Source: Actinomycetota bacterium (GTDB lineage: Bacteria > Actinomycetota > UBA4738 > HRBIN12). Taken from it: DNA of 53,302 nt. The position numbers were made by a program, and so were the translations under genes. The stretch covers positions 1 through 53,302 of the forward strand of contig DATDKZ010000057.1 in the NCBI GenBank assembly GCA_036519575.1. The letters are read 5' to 3'. A model generated the notes under the pieces. That model did not search any database and was not told the DNA's origin. It worked only from the letters and a program-made list of their open reading frames with translations. Positions 31,789 to 40,978 of this stretch are shown one piece after another (position 1 is the stretch's first letter; each line of letters begins with the position of its first letter).

Positions 31789-33117
31789 CTACCCCAGCGC
31801 CGCCTCCACCGCCGCCGCGAGCGCATCGGCGTGAGCGGCGGCGTCGGCCTCGGACTCCGCCTCCACCATCACGCGGACCAGAGGCTCGGTTCCGGATGCC
31901 CGGACCAGAACCCGGCCCGAGCCATCGAGCGTGCGCTCCACTCCTCGCACCGCCTCCCAGACCTCGTCCGCTGACTCCAAGCGTTCCTTGTGGTTCACCG
32001 GGACATTGCGCAGCACTTGGGGGAACTTCCGCATGACCGAGGCCAGCTTCGCGACCGTGCTTCCCCGTTTCGCCGCGAGCGACAGAAAGGTGACGGCCGT
32101 CAGCAGCCCGTCGCCCGTCGTCGCGTAGTGCCGGAAGATGACGTGGCCTGACTGCTCACCACCCAGCATCGCGCCGGTCCGCAGCATCTCCTCCAGGACG
32201 TAGCGGTCGCCGACCCTGCTCTCGACGACATCGATCCCGGCGTTTCGCATGGCATGGAGGAAACCCGTATTGGCCATCACGGTGGCCACGACGATGTTTC
32301 GCTCCAACAGGCCATCCTCCTTCAAGGCGAGAGCGCACGCCGCCAGGACCTGGTCTCCGTCGATCACCCGTCCCTCCGCGTCGGCGAACAGGGCCCGGTC
32401 GGCGTCGCCGTCGTGCGCGATCCCGGCGTCGGCACCCGACTCCGTCACGGCGGCCGCCACCACCTCGGGGTGGAGGGCGCCACAGCCCTGGTTGATGTTC
32501 CTGCCGTCCGGCCTGTCGAACATCGGATGGACGTCGGCGCCGAGCCTCCGGAGGACCTCCGGGGCAGCTCGATACGCGGCTCCGTTCGCGCAGTCCACGA
32601 CGATCCGCATCCCCACGAGGGGTGCCTGGACCGCCGCGGTCACGTGCCCCAGATATCGCTCCAGGCCATCGGGAACCTCTCCGACCCTCCCTCGGTCGCG
32701 GTCTCCGCGTCCCTCCCGCCGATACTCGACCTCGATCTCGTCCTCGGTCTCGTCGGGCAGCTTGAACCCGGAGGCCCCGAAGAACTTGATGCCGTTGTCT
32801 TCAGCTGGGTTGTGCGAGGCGGAGATGACCGCGCCGGCGCTCACGCCGAGATCGGTGGTGAGGAAGGCCACCGCCGGGGTGGGCACGACGCCCGCCAGGA
32901 CGGCGTCGGCCCCCGCCCCGAGGATCCCCTCCACCAGCGCCTCCTGCAGCGGCTCGCCCGAAGCCCTGGTGTCCCGGCCCACGACGATCGAGAGCGGTCC
33001 GGCCGAACGACGACGCAGGACTACGGCCGCCGCCCGACCCAGGGCGAACGCCACCTCGGGCGTGAGGTCTCGTCCGTAGGTGCCGCGAACCCCGTCTGTT
33101 CCAAAGAGCCGTCCCAT
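31789..33117 (-). CDS. glmM: Phosphoglucosamine mutase
   Basis: 442 aa. [12 protein letters not shown]...[15 protein letters not shown] (phospho-Ser loop). Confidence 0.95.
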   Translation of the reverse strand: MGRLFGTDGVRGTYGRDLTPEVAFALGRAAAVVLRRRSAGPLSIVVGRDTRASGEPLQEALVEGILGAGADAVLAGVVPTPAVAFLTTDLGVSAGAVISASHNPAEDNGIKFFGASGFKLPDETEDEIEVEYRREGRGDRDRGRVGEVPDGLERYLGHVTAAVQAPLVGMRIVVDCANGAAYRAAPEVLRRLGADVHPMFDRPDGRNINQGCGALHPEVVAAAVTESGADAGIAHDGDADRALFADAEGRVIDGDQVLAACALALKEDGLLERNIVVATVMANTGFLHAMRNAGIDVVESRVGDRYVLEEMLRTGAMLGGEQSGHVIFRHYATTGDGLLTAVTFLSLAAKRGSTVAKLASVMRKFPQVLRNVPVNHKERLESADEVWEAVRGVERTLDGSGRVLVRASGTEPLVRVMVEAESEADAAAHADALAAAVEAALG

Positions 33118-33153
33118 CGAGGGGACAGGCTACCGGGAACCGCCCCGGGACCT

Positions 33154-33900
33154 TCACGAACCCTCGGCGAACGGCTTCGTGGCCTGCACGATGGCCGAGA
33201 AGATCCCGTCGGCCACCTCGTTCGTGGGCGTGAGCCGTACGTCCATGAATCCGGCCCGGAGGAGGTCGGCCTCGTACTCACCGAAGGACAGGGCACCGGC
33301 GATACACCCAGCCCAGCTTCCGCGCTCAGCTCGTTGGGTCGGCGTCAGGTCGTCGCCGGCCACGATGTCGCTGATGCCGAGCCGGCCACCGGGCCGCAGG
33401 ACCCGAGCCATCTCTCCGAACACCCGGGGCTTGTCGGCGGACAGGTTGATCACGCAGTTGGAGATGATGACGTCGACGGACCGGTCGGGGAGCGGCACCT
33501 CCTCGATGTAGCCCTTCAAGAACTGGACGTTCGTCGCGGCCGCCGCACTGGCGTTCCGCCGGGCCAGCTCCAACATCTCATCGGTCATGTCGAGCCCGTA
33601 GGCCAGGCCGTCCGGGCCCACGCGCTTGGCGGACAGGATCACGTCGATCCCGCCTCCGGAACCGAGGTCCAGCACCACCTCTCCGGGACGGAGCTTGGCC
33701 ACGGCGACGGGGTTCCCGCACCCCAGGCTGGCCAGCGCGGCCCCCTCCGGAACCTCCCCCGCCTGCTCGCCGTACAGCTCGCCAGCGTCACTCGTTCCGG
33801 CGTCGCAGCATCCATCAGAGCCGCATCCGCAACCTTCCACGCCGACGTGCAGCGCGGCCTCCGCGTACGTCCGTCTCACGCGCTCGCGAATCTCGCTCAT
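33154..33900 (-). CDS. arsM: Arsenite S-adenosylmethionine methyltransferase (ArsM-like)
   Basis: ATG 33900 overlaps the arsR stop (ATGA). [14 protein letters not shown] motif, plus Cys clusters ([20 protein letters not shown]) typical of ArsM. Confidence 0.8.
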   Translation of the reverse strand: MSEIRERVRRTYAEAALHVGVEGCGCGSDGCCDAGTSDAGELYGEQAGEVPEGAALASLGCGNPVAVAKLRPGEVVLDLGSGGGIDVILSAKRVGPDGLAYGLDMTDEMLELARRNASAAAATNVQFLKGYIEEVPLPDRSVDVIISNCVINLSADKPRVFGEMARVLRPGGRLGISDIVAGDDLTPTQRAERGSWAGCIAGALSFGEYEADLLRAGFMDVRLTPTNEVADGIFSAIVQATKPFAEGS

Positions 33901-34256
33901 GCCCGGACCTCCTCCAGACGGAACACCGTCGCCAGCCGGTCCAGTGCTGACCGGTCGATCGAGTAGTAGGCCCACACCCCTCGTTGCTCACGCCGAAGCA
34001 GCCCAGCGGTGGCCAGCTTCTTCAAGTGGAAGCTCACCGTGGGCTGCGACAGCCCCAGCTGCGGAGTGAGGTCGCACACGCACACCGGTCCCCCGGCGTT
34101 GGCCAGGAGATTCACGATCCGGACCCGGTTCGGGTCGGCCAGCGCCTTGAAGACCTGCGCGGTGGTGGCCGCGTCCTCGCCGGACATCCCCGCTGCCGCA
34201 AGCGGCGCGCAGCACTCGGCAGGACGCTGGCTCAGCGACAACTCCCTCACCGTCAT
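33897..34256 (-). CDS. arsR: ArsR/SmtB-family metalloregulator
   Basis: 119 aa. [16 protein letters not shown]...VCVCDL...[13 protein letters not shown]. Confidence 0.9.
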   Translation of the reverse strand: MTVRELSLSQRPAECCAPLAAAGMSGEDAATTAQVFKALADPNRVRIVNLLANAGGPVCVCDLTPQLGLSQPTVSFHLKKLATAGLLRREQRGVWAYYSIDRSALDRLATVFRLEEVRA

Positions 34257-34270
34257 CGGCCCTCTCCGTT

Positions 34271-34289
34271 TTCATCGATGTTCATCGAT
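34271..34289. promoter_or_regulatory. Candidate ArsR operator: tandem TTCATCGAT repeats containing the palindrome CATCGATG
   Basis: Read directly: TTCATCGATGTTCATCGAT, 15-33 nt upstream of the arsR ATG. A third ATCGATG copy lies at 34317-34323, in the arsR/DUF2007-like divergent spacer. Confidence 0.45.
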
Positions 34290-34370
34290 CAAGCCAGGCA
34301 GGAGCTTAGGGCAGGGATCGATGGATGTCAATGCGTACTCATTGGCCCGAGGGTGACAGAATGAGGCGAA

Positions 34371-34604
34371 GTGAGTACCCACTCCGACGAGCTGGTGCAG
34401 GTCTACGCCGCAGCGAGCGTCACGGACGGTTACCTGGTGAAGGGGCGCCTGGAAGCCGAAGGCATCCCGGTGCTGATGAAGGGCGAGGGCGAAGGGCCCT
34501 ACCGCGTCGGGCCGGCCTACCTGTGGGTCCCGGGGAGCCTGGAGGTCCAGGCCAGGCTGATCCTTGAGTCGCTCGGAGCTACTGCGGAGGGCAAGGACAG
34601 CTAG
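34371..34604 (+). CDS. DUF2007-like small protein (putative signal-transducing fold)
   Basis: 77 aa. GTG start after GAGG. LVQVYAAASVTDGYLVKGRLEAEGIPV resembles DUF2007. High GC3. Confidence 0.55.
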   Translation: MSTHSDELVQVYAAASVTDGYLVKGRLEAEGIPVLMKGEGEGPYRVGPAYLWVPGSLEVQARLILESLGATAEGKDS

Positions 34605-34646
34605 GGCTCGATGGGGTGCTCCACCCACCCGCAGTCCGGGCTCGAT

Positions 34647-35030
34647 CTACCGCTTCGAGTACTGCGGAGCCTTGCGGGCCTTCTTCAGTCCGTACTTCCT
34701 CCGCTCCTTCTCGCGCGGATCCCGCGTGAGGAACCCCTCCTTCTTCAGCAAGGGCCGGAGCTCGGGGTCGAGATCGATGAGCGCGCGGGCGATCCCCAGG
34801 CGAAGTGCCCCCGCCTGTCCGGAGACCCCTCCCCCCTCGATCCGGGCGACGACGTCGAGGTCCTTGTCCTTGCCGGCCAGGCGAAGGGGCGAGGAGACGA
34901 TCATCCGGTGGGCGCGGGTGGGGAAGAACTCGTCGATGCTTCGACCATTCAACTGATAGCTGCCGGTTCCCTCCACCAGGCGAACCCTGGCCACAGCCTC
35001 CTTGCGACGTCCCGTCGCGATCTGCGCCAC
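34647..35030 (-). CDS. rpsI: 30S ribosomal protein S9
   Basis: 127 aa. [12 protein letters not shown]...C-terminal [12 protein letters not shown]. Confidence 0.97.
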   Translation of the reverse strand: MAQIATGRRKEAVARVRLVEGTGSYQLNGRSIDEFFPTRAHRMIVSSPLRLAGKDKDLDVVARIEGGGVSGQAGALRLGIARALIDLDPELRPLLKKEGFLTRDPREKERRKYGLKKARKAPQYSKR

Positions 35031-35765
35031 CTATTCCCCCTTCTTCTTCCGGCGGGCCGGAGACCTCTTGGCCGGGGACTTCCTCGTTGGGGTCTTGACC
35101 CCGGAGGAGGCCGAGCCGGTGGTGCGCTTGGTCGTCGCCGCCTTGGAGGTGGTCCTCGCCTTGGCCGTCGAAGCCTTCGACGTCGTCTTTGCCGTGGTCC
35201 GCTTGGCCGCCGACCGCTTGCCCCTCGGGCCGGCGGAGCCGGGCTTGGGGCCAGATCGCTTCGCCGGAGCCTTCGGCTGGGGGCCGGTCGGCGCCACCGG
35301 CGGCGGCTTCGGCAGCCCGCTCCACGTCGGGACCTGACCTAGCGCGAGCCGCTCCGGGTTCTGAGCCCGATGCGGGTGCTCGGGCCCCGCGTAGACCTTC
35401 AGCTTGCCGATCATGGCTCGGCCCAGGCTGTTCTTGGGCAGCATCCCTCGGACCGCCTTCTCCACCGCGAACGCCGGCCTTGTGGCCAGGAGCCGCGTGT
35501 ACGTGGTCTCCGTGAGCCCCCCCGGATATCCCGAGTGGCGCCGAGCGAGCTTCTTCTCCTCCTTGCCCCCGGTCAGCCGGACGCCCGAGGCGTTCACCAC
35601 GACGACGTGATCGCCCGTGTCCATGTGCGGAGCGAAGATCGGCTTGTGCTTACCCCGGAGGATCGCCGCCACCTCCGACGCCAGGCGGCCCAGGATGACG
35701 CCGCCGGCATCGATCAGATACCAGCGGCGTTCGATGTCGCGCGGCCTCGGCGTGTAGGTCTTCAT
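35031..35765 (-). CDS. rplM: 50S ribosomal protein L13 with a ~100-aa basic Lys/Thr/Ala/Pro-rich C-terminal extension
   Basis: ATG 35765. [30 protein letters not shown]...[17 protein letters not shown] is followed by [19 protein letters not shown]...[14 protein letters not shown]...PARRKKKGE. High GC3 is maintained throughout. Confidence 0.9.
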   Translation of the reverse strand: MKTYTPRPRDIERRWYLIDAGGVILGRLASEVAAILRGKHKPIFAPHMDTGDHVVVVNASGVRLTGGKEEKKLARRHSGYPGGLTETTYTRLLATRPAFAVEKAVRGMLPKNSLGRAMIGKLKVYAGPEHPHRAQNPERLALGQVPTWSGLPKPPPVAPTGPQPKAPAKRSGPKPGSAGPRGKRSAAKRTTAKTTSKASTAKARTTSKAATTKRTTGSASSGVKTPTRKSPAKRSPARRKKKGE

Positions 35766-35800
35766 ACGTGAGAAGGTCGGCCCGGACGAGCCGACGCCCC

Positions 35801-35830
35801 ATGCTACCTGCGACTTTGCGACTCCGTCAA
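35801..35830 (-). promoter_or_regulatory. Putative promoter for rplM-rpsI
   Basis: On the minus strand: TTGACG (35830-35825), N18, TAGCAT (35806-35801), followed by a GTCGGC...GCCGAC hairpin in the leader. Confidence 0.3.
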
Positions 35831-35867
35831 AGGCCACCTCGGCTTGCGGCAACAGACGCCTTGCTGT

Positions 35868-36614
35868 TCAGCGGCGGCCGTACGCGACGCGTTCGAGGGT
35901 CAGGCCGTGGGAGGGCGCCATCTGGGCGGCCGCCGAGCGGTCCCTCGCGGCGAGGATGGCATGGATACGGTCCGGCTCGATCCTTCCCTCGCCTACCGCG
36001 ACCAGGGTTCCTACCAGACTCCGGACCATCTGGTGGAGGAACGCGTTGGCTCGGGCCGTGACCTCGACCAGACCCCCCGACCGGGTAATCACCAGCCGCT
36101 GCAGGTTCCGGATCGTGGCCGATCCGTCCCTGGGCAGCCGGCAGAACGAGGCGAAGTCGTGCTCGCCCACCAACTCGCGGGCGCCCGCGCGCATCCGCGG
36201 GAGGGAGAGTTCGCCGGGCCGGTGCCACACGAACCGCGCGGTGAACGGATCAGGAAAGGGCCCGGTCTCGATCCGGTAGCGATACTCCCGCGCCGTCGCG
36301 CTGTGTCGGGCGTGGAATCCGTCGGGCACGACCCGCGCCTCGGTCACCACGACCTCCGGAGCGAGAAGGGCGTTCAGTCCGGGTTGCAGGCGGCCGACGT
36401 CGACGACGTCGGCCGCCCGGAACGAGACCACTTGTCCCCGGGCGTGGACGCCGGCGTCGGTCCGGCCGGCCACTGAGATCTTCGGACGGTCTCTCAGGAA
36501 CCGTTCCAGCGCAGTCTGGAGGACGCCCTCAACCGTGCGCTGCTCACGCTGCTTGGCCCACCCGTGGAACGCCGTGCCGTCATAGGCGAGCGTCAGCCTG
36601 ACGACGCGCGTCAT
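35868..36614 (-). CDS. truA: tRNA pseudouridine(38-40) synthase TruA
   Basis: 248 aa. LTLAYDGTAFHGWAKQ...VAGRTDAGVHARGQV. Confidence 0.93.
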   Translation of the reverse strand: MTRVVRLTLAYDGTAFHGWAKQREQRTVEGVLQTALERFLRDRPKISVAGRTDAGVHARGQVVSFRAADVVDVGRLQPGLNALLAPEVVVTEARVVPDGFHARHSATAREYRYRIETGPFPDPFTARFVWHRPGELSLPRMRAGARELVGEHDFASFCRLPRDGSATIRNLQRLVITRSGGLVEVTARANAFLHQMVRSLVGTLVAVGEGRIEPDRIHAILAARDRSAAAQMAPSHGLTLERVAYGRR

Positions 36615-36629
36615 GGCCGCCGCGGATGC

Positions 36630-36992
36630 CTACTCCTCCGAGGCGACGAGCTCGATACGTGCCATGGGCGCGCCGTCACCTTGACGGGCACCGAGCTTCA
36701 GGATCCGGGTGTACCCGCCCGGCCGCTCGGCGTACCGGGGGCCGATGTCGGTGAAGAGCTTGTGCACGACGTCGCGGTCCGGGATCACCTTCAAGACCTC
36801 GCGGCGAGCGGCGAGGTCTCCTCGCTTCGCCGATGTGATCAGCTTCTCGGCCAGCGGACGAACCGCCTTGGCTTTGGCCTGGGTCGTGTTCACCCGCTCA
36901 TGCGTGAACAGCTGCGCGGCCAGACCCGCGAGCAGGAGCCGCTGGTGCGCCGGACCGGCGCCCAGCCGGGGGCCGCGCTTGGGCCTCGGCAT
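36630..36992 (-). CDS. rplQ: 50S ribosomal protein L17
   Basis: 120 aa. [33 protein letters not shown]. Confidence 0.95.
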   Translation of the reverse strand: MPRPKRGPRLGAGPAHQRLLLAGLAAQLFTHERVNTTQAKAKAVRPLAEKLITSAKRGDLAARREVLKVIPDRDVVHKLFTDIGPRYAERPGGYTRILKLGARQGDGAPMARIELVASEE

Positions 36993-36997
36993 CGCTC

Positions 36998-37927
36998 CTA
37001 CTCCTCCCGCAGTGACAGGCCGAGCTCGGCCAGCTTCGTCTTGACCTCGTCGATCGACTTCTGGCCGAAGTTGCGGATGTCCATGAGCTCGGCCTCCGAC
37101 TTCTGGACAAGGTCGCCGACCGTGTTGATTCCCTCCCGTTTCAGGCAGTTGTAGGACCGGACCGACAGGTTCAGCTCTTCGACCGTGATCCCATAGTCCG
37201 AAGGAAGGGACTCGTCCTCCGCCTCTTTGACGTTCAAGCTGGGAGCCTCGGCCAGGTCGTAGAACAGCTGCACGAGGTCGACGAGCGTGCCGCCGGCGGA
37301 TGCCACTGCCCCGCGGGGGCTGATCGAGCCGTCGGTCTCCACGTCGAGAACGAGCCGGTCCCGGTCGGTCATCTGCTCCACACGGGTGTTCTCGACCGTG
37401 TACGAGACCTTGTGGACCGGCGAGAAGATCGAGTCCACGGGGATGACCCCGATCGGGTCCCGTGGCTTCTTGTTCCGCTCGGCCGGCCGATACCCGACGC
37501 CCTGCTCCACCACCATCTCGATCTCCAGGCTCCCGCCCTTGGCGACCGTGGCGATGTGCAGGTCGGTGTTGAGGATGTCTACCCCGGCGGGCGGCGAGAC
37601 GTCCCCGGCCGTTACCTCGCCCGGGCCCTTCGCCTTGAGGTACATGGTGACCGGCTCCTCGACGTCGGTCCGGATCACGAGCTCCTTCAAATTGAGGATG
37701 ATGTCGGTCACGTCCTCCGTGACCTTTGGGATGGTCGAGAACTCATGAAGCACGCCCTCGATCCGGACCGACGAGATGGCCGCCCCGGGGATCGATGACA
37801 GCAGCGTGCGGCGAAGAGAGTTCCCGACGGTGTAGCCGAACCCCGGCTCGAGGGGCTCGATGGAGAACCGGGAGCGCGTCGGGCTGACGCTCTCCTCGTG
37901 GATCTGTGGTCTTGCGACGGTGAACAC
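36998..37927 (-). CDS. rpoA: DNA-directed RNA polymerase alpha subunit
   Basis: 309 aa. GTG start after [24 protein letters not shown]...[23 protein letters not shown]. Confidence 0.96.
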   Translation of the reverse strand: MFTVARPQIHEESVSPTRSRFSIEPLEPGFGYTVGNSLRRTLLSSIPGAAISSVRIEGVLHEFSTIPKVTEDVTDIILNLKELVIRTDVEEPVTMYLKAKGPGEVTAGDVSPPAGVDILNTDLHIATVAKGGSLEIEMVVEQGVGYRPAERNKKPRDPIGVIPVDSIFSPVHKVSYTVENTRVEQMTDRDRLVLDVETDGSISPRGAVASAGGTLVDLVQLFYDLAEAPSLNVKEAEDESLPSDYGITVEELNLSVRSYNCLKREGINTVGDLVQKSEAELMDIRNFGQKSIDEVKTKLAELGLSLREE

Positions 37928-38016
37928 CTGACTACCTCCTCCGGCAGGGGATCATCCATTTCTCCCCGCCGATCACGGCCCGCTCGACTGGTCGGGCCGG
38001 TCTTCGCACCTCAGCG

Positions 38017-38409
38017 CTATACGCGTCGGCGCTTCTTGGGCCGGCACCCATTGTGGGGAACCGGCGTGACGTCCTGGATACCGGCGACCTCCAGGCCGGT
38101 CGCCGCGAGCGAGCGGATGGCCGTCTCGCGGCCGGAGCCCGGGCCCTTCACGAACACGTCCACCTTCTGCAGCCCGTGTTCCTGGGCCTTCCTCGCTGCG
38201 GCCTCCGCCGCGAGCTGGGCGGCGAACGGGGTGGACTTCCGGGAGCCCTTGAACCCGACGTTCCCCGCGCTGGCCCACGAGAGGGTGTTGCCCTGAAGGT
38301 CGGTGATGGTGACGATGGTGTTGTTGAACGTCGACTTGATGTGCGCCTGGCCGTGGACGACGTTCTTCTTCTCCTTCCTCCGGGTCTTCTTGGCTTTGGG
38401 CTTCGCCAT
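38017..38409 (-). CDS. rpsK: 30S ribosomal protein S11
   Basis: 130 aa. [18 protein letters not shown]...[16 protein letters not shown]. Confidence 0.97.
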   Translation of the reverse strand: MAKPKAKKTRRKEKKNVVHGQAHIKSTFNNTIVTITDLQGNTLSWASAGNVGFKGSRKSTPFAAQLAAEAAARKAQEHGLQKVDVFVKGPGSGRETAIRSLAATGLEVAGIQDVTPVPHNGCRPKKRRRV

Positions 38410-38411
38410 GC

Positions 38412-38801
38412 CTACCCCTTCTTCCCGACGGCCGGCTTCTTCCTGCCGGGGACGGTCTTCTTCGGCCCCTTGCGGGTCCGGGCGTTCGTGTGCGTCCGCT
38501 GCCCGTGCACGGGGAGGCTCCGGCGGTGCCGGATGCCCTGGTAGGCGCCGATCTCGATCTTGCGCTTGATGTCCTGCGCCACCTCTCGGCGGAGGTCCCC
38601 TTCGACCTTGAACGTGCGGTCGATGAACTCACGGATCCGAGCCACCTCTTCCTCGGAGAGATCGCGAACCTTGCGTCCTCCCTCGACGCCGGTCCCCCTC
38701 ACGATCTGGAAGGCCCGGGTCGGACCGATCCCGTAGATGTAGCGAAGGGCGATGTCCAGCCGCTTGTCGCGGGGAAGGTCGACGCCTGCGATCCGTGCCA
38801 C
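38412..38801 (-). CDS. rpsM: 30S ribosomal protein S13
   Basis: 129 aa. [26 protein letters not shown]. Confidence 0.97.
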   Translation of the reverse strand: MARIAGVDLPRDKRLDIALRYIYGIGPTRAFQIVRGTGVEGGRKVRDLSEEEVARIREFIDRTFKVEGDLRREVAQDIKRKIEIGAYQGIRHRRSLPVHGQRTHTNARTRKGPKKTVPGRKKPAVGKKG

Positions 38802-38813
38802 TCGCGCTCCCTC

Positions 38814-38927
38814 CTACCCCTGCCGCTGCTTGTGTCGGGGGTTCGTGCAGATGACCCGGACGCGGCCGTGGCGGCGGATGATCTTGCACCGCTCGCACAT
38901 CTTCTTGACCGACGGCCGCACCTTCAT
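38814..38927 (-). CDS. rpmJ: 50S ribosomal protein L36 (Zn-ribbon form)
   Basis: Not in the ORF track. My own translation gives [37 protein letters not shown]. Confidence 0.93.
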   Translation of the reverse strand: MKVRPSVKKMCERCKIIRRHGRVRVICTNPRHKQRQG

Positions 38928-38943
38928 CGTCCGAACCTCTCCC

Positions 38944-39162
38944 TCACTTGTAGCGGTACACGATCCTGCCGCGCGTCAGGTCGTACGGCGACAGCTCCAC
39001 CAGCACCCGGTCGCCCGGGAGGATCCGGATGTAGTGCATCCGCATCTTTCCCGAGATGTGAGCCAGAACGTTGTGCCCGTTTTCGAGTTGCACCCGGAAC
39101 ATGGCGTTGGGGAGCGGCTCGGTGACCGTTCCCTCGACCTCGATGGCGTCCTTCTTCGGCAA
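38944..39162 (-). CDS. infA: Translation initiation factor IF-1
   Basis: TTG at 39162 after GGGAGAG. (M)[52 protein letters not shown]...RIVYRYK. The track ORF N-terminus is rejected. Confidence 0.92.
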   Translation of the reverse strand: MPKKDAIEVEGTVTEPLPNAMFRVQLENGHNVLAHISGKMRMHYIRILPGDRVLVELSPYDLTRGRIVYRYK

Positions 39163-39302
39163 GCTCTCCCAAGTGTCCCTCGTCGCCGGACAGGCCCAAT
39201 CCGCCCACGGACGAGCCGAAACTGCCCCCGGACGGGGACAGGCCTCAAGTATAGGAGCCCGGCCGGAGACCGTCCACGATCGGGAGCAGCCCCCAGGCAG
39301 AG

Positions 39303-40034
39303 CTAGGCGGGGGGGCCGGGAGCCGCCCTGCTGCTCGATGCGAGGTCGGCGGGTTCGTCTCCGCCGGCCTCGCCGACGACCACGACCTGGTCCCTCGATC
39401 CCGACTCGATCGTGGCCTCGATGCACTTGGTGATGTCGATCATGCGGTCCCGCATGACCCGCAACTCCTCCATCAGGGCCGCATGGCGCGACGACAGGCT
39501 CGAAAGGACCCTCTCGGACTCTCTCTTGGCCTCCGCCAGCGCCTCGGTCGCCTGCAGACGGACCTCCTCGGCCTTGCTCTGGGCGTCGAGGCGGATCTCG
39601 TCGGCCTCGGCCCGGGCCTTGGCCTGGGCCCGCTCGGCCTTCGCCGCGGCCTCTCCGCGCGACTTCTCGGCCTCTTGCTGGATTCGGTCTGCCTCGATCC
39701 TCGCCTCCGCGACGACGCGCTCGGCTTCCGCCTCGGCATCCTGGCGTAGCTTCCCGACATCCTGATCGAAGGTTCGCATCAGATCGGCCACCCGAGCGCC
39801 CACGCCCTCGTACTCGTCTCGAGCGGTGCCAGCCCGCTCGTCTGCGTCCCGCTGACTCAATTCCCCCTGGAGTCGCCGGACCTCGGTCTCCAGGGCATCC
39901 AGGTGGTCTGTCAGCCGCGTCACGTACTCCAAGACCTGATCCGGGTCGTACCCACGCCGCACCTTCCCGAAGGTTGGTAGGTTCAGCGACCCGGCGGTTG
40001 CCGACGGCGCCGGCCCTGATTCCTGGGTGGCCAT
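39303..40034 (-). CDS. DivIVA-domain coiled-coil protein, paralogue A
   Basis: ATG 40034 after [27 protein letters not shown] (DivIVA-domain motif), then [18 protein letters not shown]-type coiled coil. 243 aa. Confidence 0.8.
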   Translation of the reverse strand: MATQESGPAPSATAGSLNLPTFGKVRRGYDPDQVLEYVTRLTDHLDALETEVRRLQGELSQRDADERAGTARDEYEGVGARVADLMRTFDQDVGKLRQDAEAEAERVVAEARIEADRIQQEAEKSRGEAAAKAERAQAKARAEADEIRLDAQSKAEEVRLQATEALAEAKRESERVLSSLSSRHAALMEELRVMRDRMIDITKCIEATIESGSRDQVVVVGEAGGDEPADLASSSRAAPGPPA

Positions 40035-40203
40035 GCGTCTCCTCCTATCGAATCCACTGATGCACGGACGGTAGTCGTTCCTCAACCCGAGGGTAACTGC
40101 CATCCGGGGGCATGGTGTAGGTCGATCTCCCTAAGGCATTCGTCCAAGGTGAGCCTAGTGAATCGGCCCTCTTCCTGCTTGCCCGGTTTCCGGCCGATCG
40201 GGC

Positions 40204-40899
40204 CTAGGCGTTGGGGTCGGAGCGCCCATTCGAGGAGTTGACCGACGTTGCGTCCCCCCCATCGCTTCCAGGGGCCTCCTGCAAGAGCACGACCTGATCA
40301 CCAATCGAGCCCTCGATGGTCGTCTCCAGAACCTTCGCCGTGTCGAGCATCCTGTCGCGCATGGCCCGGAGCTCGTCCACCAGGGCATCCCGGCGAGCGA
40401 CCAAGGTCGACAGCGCCTGGTCGGACGCGATCCGGGCTTCCCGAAGCGTCCGCTCGGCCTCTGCACGCGCCTGGTCAGCCTCGTCCTGCGCGTTCAGACG
40501 GGTGCGCTCGGCGTCGGTCCGGGCATCGGCCACGAGGCGCTCGCTCTCGGTCCGGGCGTCCGCGAGCAGGCGCTGGACCTCCGCCTCCGCCTCGGCACGA
40601 AGCCTCTCCACGTCTTGATCGAACGTCCTGACGAGGTCGGCCACCCGGGGGGAGATGCCGTCGTAGGGATCCTGGTCGCCGACGGTGTCCCGCACCGCGG
40701 TGCCCTGATGACGTGCTTCCTTCAGCTCCGACTCGAGCTGGTGCACGTTTGATTCCAGAGCTTCGACGTGGTCGGCGACCCCGCTCAGGTATTCGGCGAC
40801 CTGGTTGGGGTCATACCCGCGAAACACCGTGGCGAACGTCGGCTGGCGGTTACGGCCGGCGGTCGCCGATGGCAAGAGATCTGGCTCCCATGTACCCAT
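40204..40899 (-). CDS. DivIVA-domain coiled-coil protein, paralogue B
   Basis: ATG 40899 after AGGGGGA. PTFATVFRGYDPNQVAEYL, then AEAEAEVQRLLADARTESER. It is collinear with paralogue A (RVADL.RTFDQDV..LR, RMxD..K..E.TIE). 231 aa. Confidence 0.8.
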   Translation of the reverse strand: MGTWEPDLLPSATAGRNRQPTFATVFRGYDPNQVAEYLSGVADHVEALESNVHQLESELKEARHQGTAVRDTVGDQDPYDGISPRVADLVRTFDQDVERLRAEAEAEVQRLLADARTESERLVADARTDAERTRLNAQDEADQARAEAERTLREARIASDQALSTLVARRDALVDELRAMRDRMLDTAKVLETTIEGSIGDQVVLLQEAPGSDGGDATSVNSSNGRSDPNA

Positions 40900-40978
40900 C
40901 GTTCCCCCTGCGGATCCAAGAAATAGCGGAGTTCCCTCCCGCGCAGGCCCGAGCGTAGCCTCATCCCGGCAGTTCGCG

